From Candidatus Bathyarchaeota archaeon (lineage in GTDB: Archaea; Thermoproteota; Bathyarchaeia; Bathyarchaeales; Bathycorpusculaceae), in assembly GCA_963768425.1 (NCBI GenBank), contig CAVYHV010000017.1, forward strand, positions 128,001 through 192,000: a DNA stretch of 64,000 bases, read 5' to 3'. Of this stretch, positions 43,452-53,932 are shown piece after piece. The notes beneath the pieces were generated by a model, which worked only from the letters and a program-made list of their open reading frames with translations, did no database searches and was not told where the DNA came from. Position numbers and translations under genes: made by a program. Within the stretch, counting starts at the first letter, position 1. Every line of letters begins with the position of its first letter.

Positions 43452-45125
43452 TTAGTAGGGCATTCCGCCCATACCGCCCATGCCGCCCATTCCACCCATG
43501 CCGCCGCCCATTCCGCCTGGAGGCATCGGAGGCATTTTTCCGCCGCCTTTGACGCTGATTAGGTCGTCGATTTTGAGTATCATGTTTGCGGCTTCGGTGG
43601 CTGATTTTATTACTTGCTGCTTCACGCGCAGTGGCTCGATGACGAGTAGGTCTAACATGTTTTTGATTTTGCCTGTTGTGACTTCGATGCCGAAGTATTT
43701 GCCGTCTGGCTTCTCGTGTTGCGCCCTGAGTGCCACCATGATGTCTATAGGGTCTAACCCTGCGTTCTCAGCCAACGTTAATGGGATTGCTTCGACTGCT
43801 TCAGCGTACGCTTCCACTGCAAGTTGTTCTCGTCCGCCGACCTTGACTGCGTATGCGCGTAGTCCTCTGGCAAGTTCTGCTTCTGGTGCTCCACCGCCTG
43901 CAACGATTTTGCCGTCTTCAATCGCGTTGCGGACAACGCATAAGCCGTCGTGTAGTGAACGTTCCGCTTCGTCTATGACATGGTTGGATGCGCCTCGGAT
44001 CACGATTGTTACTGCTTTCGGGTTCTTTGCGTCCCTAACGTAGATGAGTTTGTCATCACCGATTTTGACTTCTTCAACCCGTTTTGCCTTGCCCAGAACA
44101 TCAGCTTTGAGGTCTTTGGGGTTTGCAACTATTGTGGCGCCTGTTGCCTTGGAAAGTTTTTCTGCGTCGCTGCTGCTTACGCTTTTAACTGCTAAAACGC
44201 CTGCTTTGCCGAGAAAGTGCAGTACCATGTCGTCGATGCCTTTTTCGCAGAAGACAACGTTTGCACCAGATTTCGTAACTAACGTAACCATTTCTTTGAG
44301 CATGCGTTCTTCTTCGTCGAGAAAAGCCTGCATTTGATTGGGGCTTTCAATGTTGATTTTTGCGTCGAACTCTGTTTTTTCAATCTCCATCTTTGCGTCT
44401 AACAGGGCGATTTTGGCGCCTTCGATTATCTTGGGCATCCCTGAGCTTGCGACTTCCTTGTCGATAACCATTCCTCTGACAAGCTCTGTTTCGTCTAAGC
44501 TTTTGCCATGTTTCTTGACGACTTTAATGAGATCAATGTCAGCTTTGTATTTTCCGTCGATTTTTTCAGAAACCTGTTTAACAGCTTCAACGATGATTTT
44601 TGCAAAGTGTTCCTCAGCAACATTGATGCCTTTGCTAGCCAAGGATGTGATCGCTATATCCCTCAGGGTTTTGTCATCATCTATAGAAATAGGAATAGCT
44701 ATTTGGTCCAAAATTTCTTGAGCTTTCTCACTTGCCTTCTTGAAACCTTCAATAATAACGGTTGGATGCACGTTTTTGTCAAGCAAACCTTCAGCTTTTG
44801 AAAGCAACTCTCCAGCCAAAATCACCGCTGTGGTTGTTCCGTCGCCTACCTCGTTGTCTTGGGCTTTGGCAACTTCGACAAGCATTTTTGCTGCTGGATG
44901 CTGAATGTCAAGCTCCTTCATTATTGTTGCGCCATCATTAGTTATGGCAACGTCGCCCATGCTGTTAACAAGCATTTTGTCCATGCCGCACGGACCAAGC
45001 GTGCTTTTCACTGATTCAGCCACTATTTTTACAGCCATGATGTTGTTTTTCTGTGCTTCGCGGCCTGTTGATCGACCGGTTCCTTCTTTAAGGACTAAAA
45101 TTGGAACTGTTCCACCTTGAGACAT
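43452..45125 (-). CDS. ths: Thermosome (group II chaperonin) subunit
   Basis: STLGP, TNDGATI, GDGTTT, GGGAPE, GGM tail. Confidence 0.97.
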   Translation of the reverse strand: MSQGGTVPILVLKEGTGRSTGREAQKNNIMAVKIVAESVKSTLGPCGMDKMLVNSMGDVAITNDGATIMKELDIQHPAAKMLVEVAKAQDNEVGDGTTTAVILAGELLSKAEGLLDKNVHPTVIIEGFKKASEKAQEILDQIAIPISIDDDKTLRDIAITSLASKGINVAEEHFAKIIVEAVKQVSEKIDGKYKADIDLIKVVKKHGKSLDETELVRGMVIDKEVASSGMPKIIEGAKIALLDAKMEIEKTEFDAKINIESPNQMQAFLDEEERMLKEMVTLVTKSGANVVFCEKGIDDMVLHFLGKAGVLAVKSVSSSDAEKLSKATGATIVANPKDLKADVLGKAKRVEEVKIGDDKLIYVRDAKNPKAVTIVIRGASNHVIDEAERSLHDGLCVVRNAIEDGKIVAGGGAPEAELARGLRAYAVKVGGREQLAVEAYAEAVEAIPLTLAENAGLDPIDIMVALRAQHEKPDGKYFGIEVTTGKIKNMLDLLVIEPLRVKQQVIKSATEAANMILKIDDLISVKGGGKMPPMPPGGMGGGMGGMGGMGGMGGMPY

Positions 45126-45771
45126 AATTTTCACCAAGTTTTGTTGTTTTGATACAAACGGAATTCAACAATCAAATATTTAAATATAAATTTTTCTCAC
45201 TGACAACGACACAACTACCCAATTGAGAGCCACTTTTGGATCAGCTTGTTCACTTTAAAGGTTGGAGCACGTGTTTTTGGGATCGTCAAAAAAATTAGAT
45301 GCTTGTTCGGGACGCAATTAAGGGCAGTTTTTGTTTCTTAATTTATTTTGGATTACTTGTTTTTTTTCCCTTTTTGATAGTACCCTTAAAAGTTTGTACT
45401 GTTTCTTCGCAAATACCCGGTTTCCATTTGCATATACCGCCAATTATCTCTTTAAGATAGTATTCGAGTTCTTCATTTGTCAAGTCGTTAGAGCGGTCAA
45501 CGCTGTAGACAATTTCATCTTTTTTCCGGCTTACAGTTACCGACAATAAAACATTGTCACCCAGCGAGAAGATTCTTGACGAAGAGGAACAACTGAAACG
45601 CTTGCTTGCGTGCGAGTTGGGGCGCTTACATAGAAAACTATTCGAGTAACCTTGAGATAAAGACAGAAAGATAAGAGACATTTCGCCGTGATGCAAATGC
45701 ATTATTGGCGTTGAGATTCAGCGAACTGAAAAAAGCTGCTCAGACTGATCTTTAGAGTAAACAATGTGTGT

Positions 45772-45975
45772 TTATAGCGATGGTGTTCCAGAGTGCCTTT
45801 CTGAATGCAGTTGTCCACCTGTTGCCCAATTGCTCTTTGGCGCTTCGTAAATAACGATCTCGACAGCTTGCTTAGGAACTCCCATGTCGACAAAAACCTT
45901 AGTTATCCCTTCAACCGTCTTTTTCTTATTCTCAGAAGACATACCTTCCCAAACAGAAACCTGAACTATCGGCAT
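45772..45975 (-). CDS. 4-oxalocrotonate tautomerase family protein
   Basis: N-terminal Pro (MPIVQV), NWATGG. Confidence 0.88.
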   Translation of the reverse strand: MPIVQVSVWEGMSSENKKKTVEGITKVFVDMGVPKQAVEIVIYEAPKSNWATGGQLHSERHSGTPSL

Positions 45976-46070
45976 TTCAACCCTACCTCTAACAACACTT
46001 TGCAGTTTTCGCCTAATTAATCTGTTCTTCCCTATCCGGAAAGCTCTCGCCTTAATTCAAAAATGAAGCG

Positions 46071-47132
46071 TTAGTTTGCTTTGACGATGTGATAGCCTGA
46101 TGCTTTGCGAAGCCTGTTCATGACAGCTAACCCAAGCCCTTCAGAAGAAACCCCTTCGGCAATTATGACTCCGACGTTTTCTGCGTCTATCTCACGTAGC
46201 ATGCGAAAAAGATTCTGGGCAACAAGCACCAAGTTAAAGCGGCTTCCCAACGATTTGACTACGTCGGTTTTATAGCTGGCTTGGGTTTCATCCGTGGCTA
46301 AGACTCCAACCTTCACACCTTTTTTCATATAAAATTCCGTCAGCTCTTTAACCTTGGCGACTACCGCTGAAATATTTCCTTCGACAAGAATCACTTCAGC
46401 TTTAGGAGCGTAATGCTTATGTCTCATCCCGGGTGAACGGGTCTTTTCCAGGGGCAACTCAGCTTCAGCCAACACGAAAGGATGAAGCCTCATGTCATCC
46501 AAAACCTGCTTTAACGCTTCAAAAGGTGTACCGCCTGGGCGAAGAACCATAGGTGGATCCACGCTGAGGTCCACAACTGTGGATTCAACCCCGATGTTTG
46601 TTGCGCCGCCGTCCAAGATAACGTCGATACGCCCGTTTAAGTCCTCAAACACATGTTGGGCGGTGGTTGGGCTTGGCTTTCCGGCGAGGTTCGCGCTTGG
46701 AGCAGCAATCGGGCAGCCGCTTCGCCTGATTAACGCCAAAGCCACCTTATGCTTGGGCATTCGAATCGCAACCGTGTCTAACCCAGCAACCGTTACGGAT
46801 GGCACAAGCTTTGAATGTTTAAAAACCAGAGTCAACGGACCTGGCCAAAATTTTTTCATCAGCAATTCGGCCTTTTTCGGAACCTCCTCAACCAGCCTGC
46901 AAACTTCGCTTAAATCTGCAACGTGGACAATTGGCGGGTTATCCAAAGGACGTTTTTTAGCTTCAAAAAGTGCCAAAACAGCTTCAGCGTTAAGCGCGTC
47001 TGCGCCTAATCCGTAAACCGTCTCGGTTGGAAAAGCCACTAACCCGCCCATGAGGATAAATTGCGCAGCAACCTCTATTTTGGAAGCATCTGGGTTTTCC
47101 GAGTCAACTTTGAGCATAAGAGTTTGTTTCAT
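46071..47132 (-). CDS. sua5: Threonylcarbamoyl-AMP synthase Sua5
   Basis: FPTETVYGL, KKRPLDNP, APSAN, SPGMRHKHYAP. Confidence 0.95.
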   Translation of the reverse strand: MKQTLMLKVDSENPDASKIEVAAQFILMGGLVAFPTETVYGLGADALNAEAVLALFEAKKRPLDNPPIVHVADLSEVCRLVEEVPKKAELLMKKFWPGPLTLVFKHSKLVPSVTVAGLDTVAIRMPKHKVALALIRRSGCPIAAPSANLAGKPSPTTAQHVFEDLNGRIDVILDGGATNIGVESTVVDLSVDPPMVLRPGGTPFEALKQVLDDMRLHPFVLAEAELPLEKTRSPGMRHKHYAPKAEVILVEGNISAVVAKVKELTEFYMKKGVKVGVLATDETQASYKTDVVKSLGSRFNLVLVAQNLFRMLREIDAENVGVIIAEGVSSEGLGLAVMNRLRKASGYHIVKAN

Positions 47133-47623
47133 CAGGGTTGCCTTTTTAGTTTGAGTACTACTGAGGTTTCAACCTGCCGCTCCGAAATCGTCCAATACCG
47201 CCTCAGGAGCCTGTTCTTTTCTGCCTCTGGCACAAGTTGGAACCCGTTTTTCTCATAGAACTTAACTGCCCAGCCCGCAGCTTCCCATGTGCCAACATAA
47301 ACCTGACGAGTCACAGTTATACCCAGCAAATGCTCCAGCAGTTTCTGCCCCAGGCCCATGCGTTGTTGATTTGCTAAGACGTATGCGTGCCTGATTAGGG
47401 TGACATCTTGCACGCATTGGATTCCCATAACAGCTATAAGGACGCCGTTTTCTTTGCAACCGAAAAATTGCACGCCACCTTCGATTTCTTTTTTGAGTTC
47501 TTCAAGAGGCATGTAGGGTTCTTTCCACATGTCGCTTGGGATTTTCCCTTTGTAGGCGTTTGAGGCGCTATTGACAACATTTAAGATCGATGGAGCATCA
47601 GCGGATGTCAACTTGTAAATCAT
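47132..47623 (-). CDS. GNAT acetyltransferase
   Basis: QRMGLGQKLL, FYEKNGF. Confidence 0.85.
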   Translation of the reverse strand: MIYKLTSADAPSILNVVNSASNAYKGKIPSDMWKEPYMPLEELKKEIEGGVQFFGCKENGVLIAVMGIQCVQDVTLIRHAYVLANQQRMGLGQKLLEHLLGITVTRQVYVGTWEAAGWAVKFYEKNGFQLVPEAEKNRLLRRYWTISERQVETSVVLKLKRQP

Positions 47624-47665
47624 TAGGTTTCCCTTTTCACTTCAAGCATCATGTTCAGCATTTTC

Positions 47666-48058
47666 TTAGGTAGCGGTCGGCTCCTTTTGGCTGTCGCCTT
47701 TAAAGAGCTTGTCAATAAGTTTGTTAAAGAATCCTTGTGCCTCAATTTCACCTACTTTCTCCAAGTAAATGGAGACTAAGGCGATTTTTCCCTTTTTAGA
47801 GGCAACGTATTCTGCGAACATGCGGGCGGAAATCATGTTTTTGTCGCCGAGAAGCACCGAGGACGTTACGGCGCCAACGCCTTCTTTGGGTTTAGGAACC
47901 GCTATCGCCAGTGTTCCCAGTTTGTCTTCTCTTTCGCTTAACATTACCATGCAGGAGTTCTTTGATTCAACGTAGACTGCTAGGAAACGAGTATCTTGCT
48001 GTTGGATTTCCTCCTTTGTAACTTTGGCGCGTTCCATTTCTTTTCGCTTCCTATCCAT
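47666..48058 (-). CDS. Hypothetical protein resembling proteasome assembly chaperone PAC4/PAC3
   Basis: LGTLAIAV...SSVLLGD...FAEYVASKKGKIALVSIYL pattern (manual comparison). Confidence 0.55.
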   Translation of the reverse strand: MDRKRKEMERAKVTKEEIQQQDTRFLAVYVESKNSCMVMLSEREDKLGTLAIAVPKPKEGVGAVTSSVLLGDKNMISARMFAEYVASKKGKIALVSIYLEKVGEIEAQGFFNKLIDKLFKGDSQKEPTAT

Positions 48059-48204
48059 TGTTGAATAACTTGGCTCCTTTAAAAACTTCGCAAGAGTTTT
48101 TGCAGGGTTTTCTTGGATAAGGAAAACTGTTCCTTGCCTGTCCGTTGGCCAAAAATGGGTTTTTACAGCAAGGCATTAAGGATGGAACAAGTTAACAGTC
48201 TCCT

Positions 48205-49530
48205 GTGGGTTCAGCCATGAGCGGCCTAAAACGCGTCAGGAAATACTTGCTTCCTGCCTTCCTCATCGTAATATTGGCAGCTTCGGTGGGGATATACACA
48301 TCTTACTCGATTGGAAACCAGCCTAAGGCTAATCCAAACGCCGTTTACGTTGGGGTAGCTTTCGGCGGAAACACCACGCAGGAAGCCAAACTCCTCATTG
48401 ACAAAGTAAAAGGCTACACAAACCTCTTCATATTGGACGCGGGAAGAAACGCCCTAACCCAAAACGAAACAGCGGTGAATGAAATCTGCAATTACGCAGT
48501 CGCCAACGGTTTAAGCGTCATCGTAAACGTCGGCGTCCAAGTGCCCTATGACGCCAGCCGCTACTGGTTCTGGAATAATTCGTTAAGCGTTACTGAACAA
48601 TGGAAAGCGCAGTGGGGCAGCAAATTCTTGGGCATGTATTACAGTGACGAGCCAGGCGGGATTCAGCTTGACGGCAATTGGACTGCTTATTTTACGCTTT
48701 TCCAAAAGTATTTTTTGAACACAAACTTTTCAAAAGCAGCCAACCTTAATCAAGATTTTTTAAATTCAACCAGGGATCTTGACCAAATTTATCTAAAGAT
48801 GTTGGGGTACATGAACAACGGCACGAGCCCTCCAAACTATAATTTAGAAGCCAACTTTTTCGTCAAAGACATCCTTCAAGGAAACAGCGGACTTGAGAAC
48901 TTGAAAGCGGCTGATATCACAACGTTCACTTCTGATTATGCTCTTTACTGGTATGATTACTTAGGCGGATACAACGTTATGTTCGCTGAACTTGGTTGGA
49001 ACTGCAGTGTAGCTGAGCAAATCGCCCTTGTAAAGGGAGCCGCAAGATTGCAGGATAAAGAGTGGGGAGCTATGATCACTTGGACTTACGACAATGAACC
49101 CTACTACCTTGACAGCGGATCCGAAATTTACAACCAAATGCTAGCTGCATACGAAGCAGGCGCAAAATACATCGCGGTTTTCAACTACCCCTACAATAAC
49201 GGAAGCCTTTACGGCGCATTGACAAATGACCAATTAATAGCCATGCAAAGCTTCTGGGATGACATTCACCAGAAACAGTTTCCTGATTTAAGCGGTCCAG
49301 ACGCCGTGTTGGTTTTGCCTGAAAACTACGGATGGGGCATGCGGAACCCGAATGATACAATTTGGGGTTTCTGGCTTACAGACGACAAAACCATGCAGAT
49401 AGCCATAACCACAAGCGCCCTACTATCACAGTACAGGGTAAGCTTGGACATAGTTTATGCTGACCCGCAATATCCAGTGGGAAACATTGGTTACCAGCAC
49501 ATCTATTATTGGAACCAAACTGGGATTTAG
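48205..49530 (+). CDS. Membrane-anchored extracellular protein, putative glycoside-hydrolase-like barrel
   Basis: N-terminal TM; YYSDEPGG, TSDYALYWYDY, WGAMITW; Tyr/Trp/Asn-rich with many sequons. Confidence 0.6.
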   Translation: MGSAMSGLKRVRKYLLPAFLIVILAASVGIYTSYSIGNQPKANPNAVYVGVAFGGNTTQEAKLLIDKVKGYTNLFILDAGRNALTQNETAVNEICNYAVANGLSVIVNVGVQVPYDASRYWFWNNSLSVTEQWKAQWGSKFLGMYYSDEPGGIQLDGNWTAYFTLFQKYFLNTNFSKAANLNQDFLNSTRDLDQIYLKMLGYMNNGTSPPNYNLEANFFVKDILQGNSGLENLKAADITTFTSDYALYWYDYLGGYNVMFAELGWNCSVAEQIALVKGAARLQDKEWGAMITWTYDNEPYYLDSGSEIYNQMLAAYEAGAKYIAVFNYPYNNGSLYGALTNDQLIAMQSFWDDIHQKQFPDLSGPDAVLVLPENYGWGMRNPNDTIWGFWLTDDKTMQIAITTSALLSQYRVSLDIVYADPQYPVGNIGYQHIYYWNQTGI

Positions 49531-49609
49531 CGAGCTTGCGAGAAGGCTGCACCAGTTGGAAATACTTAATTAAGGGCTTCTCTTATTGCTGGGTACGGAA
49601 GGATAAAAT

Positions 49610-49984
49610 TTGAGTGATGAACTTTCAAGATTACCGCCTAACGTCCAAGAAAGACTTCTTAGACTTCAGCAACTCCAGCAAACGTTACAGTCGATTCTCG
49701 CGCAGAAACAGCAGGTTGAAATGGAAAAATCAGAGGTAGAACAGACAATAGCTGAACTGCAGAAAACAGTTGAAACTGCAGTCATTTACAAGGCAGTCGG
49801 CTCACTGCTGGTGAAAGCTGAGAAACCAAAAGTGACAGAGGAACTTGTCGAACGCAAAGAACTTCTGGAGACAAGAAGCACCGTTCTGGCAAGACAAGAA
49901 GAGCGGATGCGCAGCCAGATAAAAGAGTCGCAAACAAAACTTCAAGAAGACCTAAACCCAGTTAATCAGCCACCTACATCTTAG
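49610..49984 (+). CDS. pfdB: Prefoldin beta subunit
   Basis: Coiled coils, IYKAVGSLLVK. Confidence 0.93.
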   Translation: MSDELSRLPPNVQERLLRLQQLQQTLQSILAQKQQVEMEKSEVEQTIAELQKTVETAVIYKAVGSLLVKAEKPKVTEELVERKELLETRSTVLARQEERMRSQIKESQTKLQEDLNPVNQPPTS

Positions 49985-49995
49985 GTGAATGCGCG

Positions 49996-50283
49996 TTGGA
50001 TGAGCTGGGGATACCAGAATTATCCATCGAGCAAAAAGAAGCCTTATGCCAAAAGGCGGAGGATGCAGCTAGAAAATGTCTCCTCGCCAAAGTTTCTTCT
50101 AAAATGGTTGACAAACTAGACATCAGTGTTGAAGCCGAAGGCACAAGGCCCCTCAAAGTCTCTGTAGAAGTAAACCTCCTGCTAACGCCGGAAGCTAAAG
50201 ACGTAGACGCTCAAGCTCTGGTTAAGGAGTCAACAAACGCCGCACATAGAGCGGTTGAAAACTTTTTGAGAAAATCTAAATGA
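49996..50283 (+). CDS. DUF3194-like protein
   Basis: Usual position between pfdB and a DHH gene; LDISVE..VEVNL. Confidence 0.6.
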   Translation: MDELGIPELSIEQKEALCQKAEDAARKCLLAKVSSKMVDKLDISVEAEGTRPLKVSVEVNLLLTPEAKDVDAQALVKESTNAAHRAVENFLRKSK

Positions 50284-51326
50284 ACGAATTTCAAAGTTTT
50301 CTGCAAATACTCAAGGAAAGCAAGGCATCTTTTGTTCTTTTGCTATGTCACCGTAGCGCTGATGCTGATGCCATCTGTTCAGCGTATGCTTTGCAAGGTT
50401 TGCTGAAGCGGTTCATGCCTGATGTTGTGTTTGAAGTCGGGTGTCCTCAAGGCGTCAACAAACCCTCCAAAGTGCTTCTTGAACGAATGCCAATAACAGT
50501 CAACTTGAATCCGAACATTGAATCGGCGGATGTGATTGTTTTTCTGGATTTAAACACAATAGACCAACTTGACCAAGTGGCTGAAACCATAAGAAGGTCG
50601 CCAGCACCTAAAATCATCGTTGACCACCATTACCCAAGCCTTCAAACCACTGAAATCTGCAAGCTCTGCATATTAGACCAGAAGGCAGCCGCTAACTGCG
50701 AAATAGTCTACAATCTGTATAGACAGGCGAAAGTCAAACCAAACTTCAACGAGGCAAAGGCATTATTTGTAGGAATAACTTTTGACACTAGGCATTTCGC
50801 ACTGGCAAGCGCGGCAACTCTTGCAATCGCGGCTAAACTTGTAACAGTTGGCATAGATGTTCAGGCGACGCTGCAAGAGTTTGCTTTACCTATTGACACT
50901 TCGGAACGCTTGGCAAAGCTGAAGGCGTGCAAAAGAGCCAAAATCGTCAGAGTAAACAACTGGATAATCGCGGTCTCGCATGTAAGTGCCTATCAAGCTG
51001 CAGCAGCAAAATCGCTAGTTGATTTAGGCGCACACGCCTCGGCCGTCGCAGGGCTCAAAAACGGAAAAATCGAGGTAAGCTTGCGTTGCACCCGCCAGTT
51101 CACCGAGGAGACTGGCGTCAACTTAGGAAAGGACATAGCGGCGCCTCTTGGCGAATTTCTGCAAGGAGTTGGTGGAGGACACGCCATGGCGGCAGGAGTA
51201 AGCGGCGCAGGCGAAATAGAACCTACTCTAAAACAGTGCCTCACGCTTATGAAACAGATCTTGCGAGCTTCTCATCGCCCTGCTTCAGCAGTCCTCTCGC
51301 AATATTCATCTTCAGAAAAAATCTGA
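50280..51326 (+). CDS. DHH/DHHA1 phosphoesterase
   Basis: HRSADAD, DHH, DTRHF, SLR, GGGHAMAAG. Confidence 0.9.
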   Translation: MNEFQSFLQILKESKASFVLLLCHRSADADAICSAYALQGLLKRFMPDVVFEVGCPQGVNKPSKVLLERMPITVNLNPNIESADVIVFLDLNTIDQLDQVAETIRRSPAPKIIVDHHYPSLQTTEICKLCILDQKAAANCEIVYNLYRQAKVKPNFNEAKALFVGITFDTRHFALASAATLAIAAKLVTVGIDVQATLQEFALPIDTSERLAKLKACKRAKIVRVNNWIIAVSHVSAYQAAAAKSLVDLGAHASAVAGLKNGKIEVSLRCTRQFTEETGVNLGKDIAAPLGEFLQGVGGGHAMAAGVSGAGEIEPTLKQCLTLMKQILRASHRPASAVLSQYSSSEKI

Positions 51327-51433
51327 GGAACGGATTCAGCTAGCGAATTTTCATTTTTGTTGTTTGGCATGGACTTTTCAACAAAGGTGGAAGATTGCCA
51401 AAGTTGGGTAGCTACGCTTAAATGAGCAAAGTC

Positions 51434-51441
51434 TCACGCTT
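51434..51441 (+). repeat. Left target-site duplication TCACGCTT
   Basis: Identical 8-mer at 56948-56955; each copy abuts a TIR. Confidence 0.9.
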
Positions 51442-51558
51442 GGTTCTGTGAAATAAACGTTACCAACCATACCCTTTTTTCGGGTTTTCCTTCATGTGAA
51501 ATTTCGTCACCTTTTAGATTTTTGGCAAAATCTAAATACTCATTTATTACAACTAAAA

Positions 51559-52419
51559 ATGCGGATGTCTTTGAAAAGGTATCAATTAAGCACGATGCTT
51601 CTCGTAGTAATATTAGTCGCTATTCTTTGGGTAGGGCTTTATCTGAAGTGGTACCAAATGAGTGACATTTTATCTTACATTCCTTATTTCATACTGACTG
51701 CTATTTCGGGGGTTATAATCTGGGGTCTGGGTAAAAACATTGAGAGCGCTTTAGGAAAGCAAACGCAAACAGAAAAAGATGAGAAGATTGCACCTTACAT
51801 TTTCAATCCAAATTTTAAGAATATCGAAGTTCACTTTTTAAAAAGCGAAAAGATGCCTGAAAGCCCTGAATACTCTCAGAGAAGGTACATTGGAAATAGC
51901 AAAACGCGACAAGCATATCACATGGATGAGTTACCAAGCTGGTTTAAACAAGAAATTATTGACCATAAGATAATTTGGTATTCTTATTCAAGTGAAAAAG
52001 TACTCAAAAGTTACATGATAGAAAACTTTAGTCCAATAGGTAATGTTGCTTCTCCTAAAGGGCTTGGTTTAGAAAATGTAAACGGTGAATGGAAAATTGA
52101 CAAACAAGATTCTGAATTATTGAAAAAACTTCACGGACAGAAACTCGAATATTTACAAATAGCAAACTTGGAACGGCTATCATTTTTTGGAAAGAAAAAA
52201 AGAGTTCTATTGGTCGATTTTGATGAAAAGAAAATCTGGCAGGCACCAGAATGCTTCCATGAATTAGTTGATTACGAGATAGTTTCTGGAGAAACTTATA
52301 GAATGGGTATATTTGATAACTGTAAAAGATGGTCTAAGAAGGAGTTTGGGTTCGAGTTTTTCAAAAAGCGTTATCCTGAAAGCAAACTAATTGTTAAGAA
52401 AATTACGGGCAACTCATAG
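51559..52419 (+). CDS. Two-TM-anchored hypothetical protein (cargo)
   Basis: Long AT-rich ORF with two N-terminal hydrophobic helices. Confidence 0.65.
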   Translation: MRMSLKRYQLSTMLLVVILVAILWVGLYLKWYQMSDILSYIPYFILTAISGVIIWGLGKNIESALGKQTQTEKDEKIAPYIFNPNFKNIEVHFLKSEKMPESPEYSQRRYIGNSKTRQAYHMDELPSWFKQEIIDHKIIWYSYSSEKVLKSYMIENFSPIGNVASPKGLGLENVNGEWKIDKQDSELLKKLHGQKLEYLQIANLERLSFFGKKKRVLLVDFDEKKIWQAPECFHELVDYEIVSGETYRMGIFDNCKRWSKKEFGFEFFKKRYPESKLIVKKITGNS

Positions 52420-52607
52420 CTTTTGTCATGCTTTGGTTGGTTCTGTTAACTTCATAGGTGATAAATCTACCTGTTACGAATCGCGTGATAATTTTGTTGC
52501 TTTGGAAATGGGTGTTAACTTTCGGGTGATGTATATTCGGAAGGGGATTTAAAAACTGGGGAAACTAAAAGTTCTGTAACGCAAGAAAACGGAAGGAGGT
52601 TGTAAAT

Positions 52608-52987
52608 TTACCCTTTAGGAGGCACAGCGTCGTAAGTATAATCAATGTCTAAACTTTTGAGAAGAGCCCAGTCCACAAGTTCCATTTTCTTAGGCGGTAT
52701 TTTTCCAGCTTGGTTTATCAAGCGACCTTTAGCTACAGTCTGAATTTGGTTGCAGAGTACCTAGACCATCATCTTTCAACCCTGTTTCGGAAGCTGTTAT
52801 AAAAACATTAACTTCGTGATCTTTATGTTTAGTACTGCTGGTTATGGCCGCCATAATTACGACTGTACTATGCTGGTTAGCAATATCATTTTGAATTACA
52901 ACCCATGGTCTAAGTTTTTTGGATTTCTCCACCTATAGGAGTCCCCTCTGCTACAAAAAAGATGTCTCCTCTACTGACTGGAATCAA
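52608..52987 (-). CDS. mazF: MazF/PemK endoribonuclease toxin (apparent frameshifts ~52922 and ~52760)
   Basis: Reconstructed: VSRGDIFFV..GGEI-KKLRPWVVIQNDIAN..AAITS..GL..LVLCNQIQTVAKGRL..AGKI..MELVDWALLKSL. Confidence 0.85.
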
Positions 52988-53324
52988 TGTCAATGTCGGA
53001 GTTCATCCCCTCACACTCTTTGGCTAAAGCCAAATCATCATCAGCTGATGCTTCATAACACTTAGCCATAAATTTGACCTCCTCTTCAGAGGCTCTTTTC
53101 TTTGTGAGGGGAACTGTTAAAGCAATTGGCATTGATTTGATTTCAGAATGGACTAACCAACTGTCTGACTTACCTAAAATACATTCTCTCGCAACAGTGT
53201 AAGCATTAGCGATGTTTTCAAAAGTAATCATCCTTTGAGATTTAAGCGTTTTCAATATTGTGAGCATATCAAACCGCATGACATCGCCTTTGTAATCGCA
53301 GAATTTATGCTCCTCAGTCATCAA
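52971..53324 (-). CDS. Putative antitoxin of the MazF homolog
   Basis: Overlaps the mazF start; acidic C-terminal helix MAKCYEASADDDLALAKE resembles MazE/EndoAI toxin-binding tails. Confidence 0.5.
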   Translation of the reverse strand: MMTEEHKFCDYKGDVMRFDMLTILKTLKSQRMITFENIANAYTVARECILGKSDSWLVHSEIKSMPIALTVPLTKKRASEEEVKFMAKCYEASADDDLALAKECEGMNSDIDIDSSQ

Positions 53325-53821
53325 TATTGAGTTTCTCCTATGAGGTTATGACTTCTCAAGAGTTTAAGCATTTGGTTAAAATCGTTTAATGAAACGCTAG
53401 GAATCTTTTTCCTAACTTTGCTGTAAATCTCGCCTTTTGATAAAGTAGGGTACATAGTATAGAGAAAATGAGTGACTGCAAGTTTTTCTAAGTAGTAAGA
53501 ATTATTTGAAATTGGATTAATAAATTCAAGAAACTCACAAAAACGTTGCTCTTTATTTCTGTCAGCGAATTTAACTGGAATTTCATAATTAGATTTAGTT
53601 AATTCATAAGCATCTCTGGTAAGATTTGGAGAATAAGGACCACGAAGATACCAACTAAATGAGTAACCGATGTTTAACCCAAACTGTTGCATAAGATAAA
53701 CGGTTTTTTGTAACACTAACCTAGAATCAAAATTCTTTTCATAATTATGACCGTTGAAATTCCCTATTCTAAGTAATAATCCACCGAGTGCAACCATCCT
53801 TTTATTTTCATCTGCACTCAT
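53321..53821 (-). CDS. YwgA/SocA(Panacea)-like wHTH protein
   Basis: SRLVLQKTVYL..GYSFSWYLRGPYSPNL..LEKLA motif. Confidence 0.65.
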   Translation of the reverse strand: MSADENKRMVALGGLLLRIGNFNGHNYEKNFDSRLVLQKTVYLMQQFGLNIGYSFSWYLRGPYSPNLTRDAYELTKSNYEIPVKFADRNKEQRFCEFLEFINPISNNSYYLEKLAVTHFLYTMYPTLSKGEIYSKVRKKIPSVSLNDFNQMLKLLRSHNLIGETQY

Positions 53822-53932
53822 GCTGTTTCAACCATAATATTAAAGTCCAATCGCATGCGTATTTGTGATATACGTTATTCTTGTATATAAGATGATTTCA
53901 CGTTTTAAAGAGTTATGTTGTCACAATCTGTA

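Noticed and set aside
43455-43525. GGC/ATG-rich tandem repeats
   Set aside because: Encode the normal GGM tail of the thermosome.
45343-45702. 119-aa ORF upstream of the thermosome gene
   Set aside because: N-terminal half looks non-coding; a shorter gene is possible but unsupported.
52439-52447. Internal GGTTCTGTT resembling an IS6 end
   Set aside because: No CGTCACC submotif, no partner end and no TSD; could be chance or an old relic.
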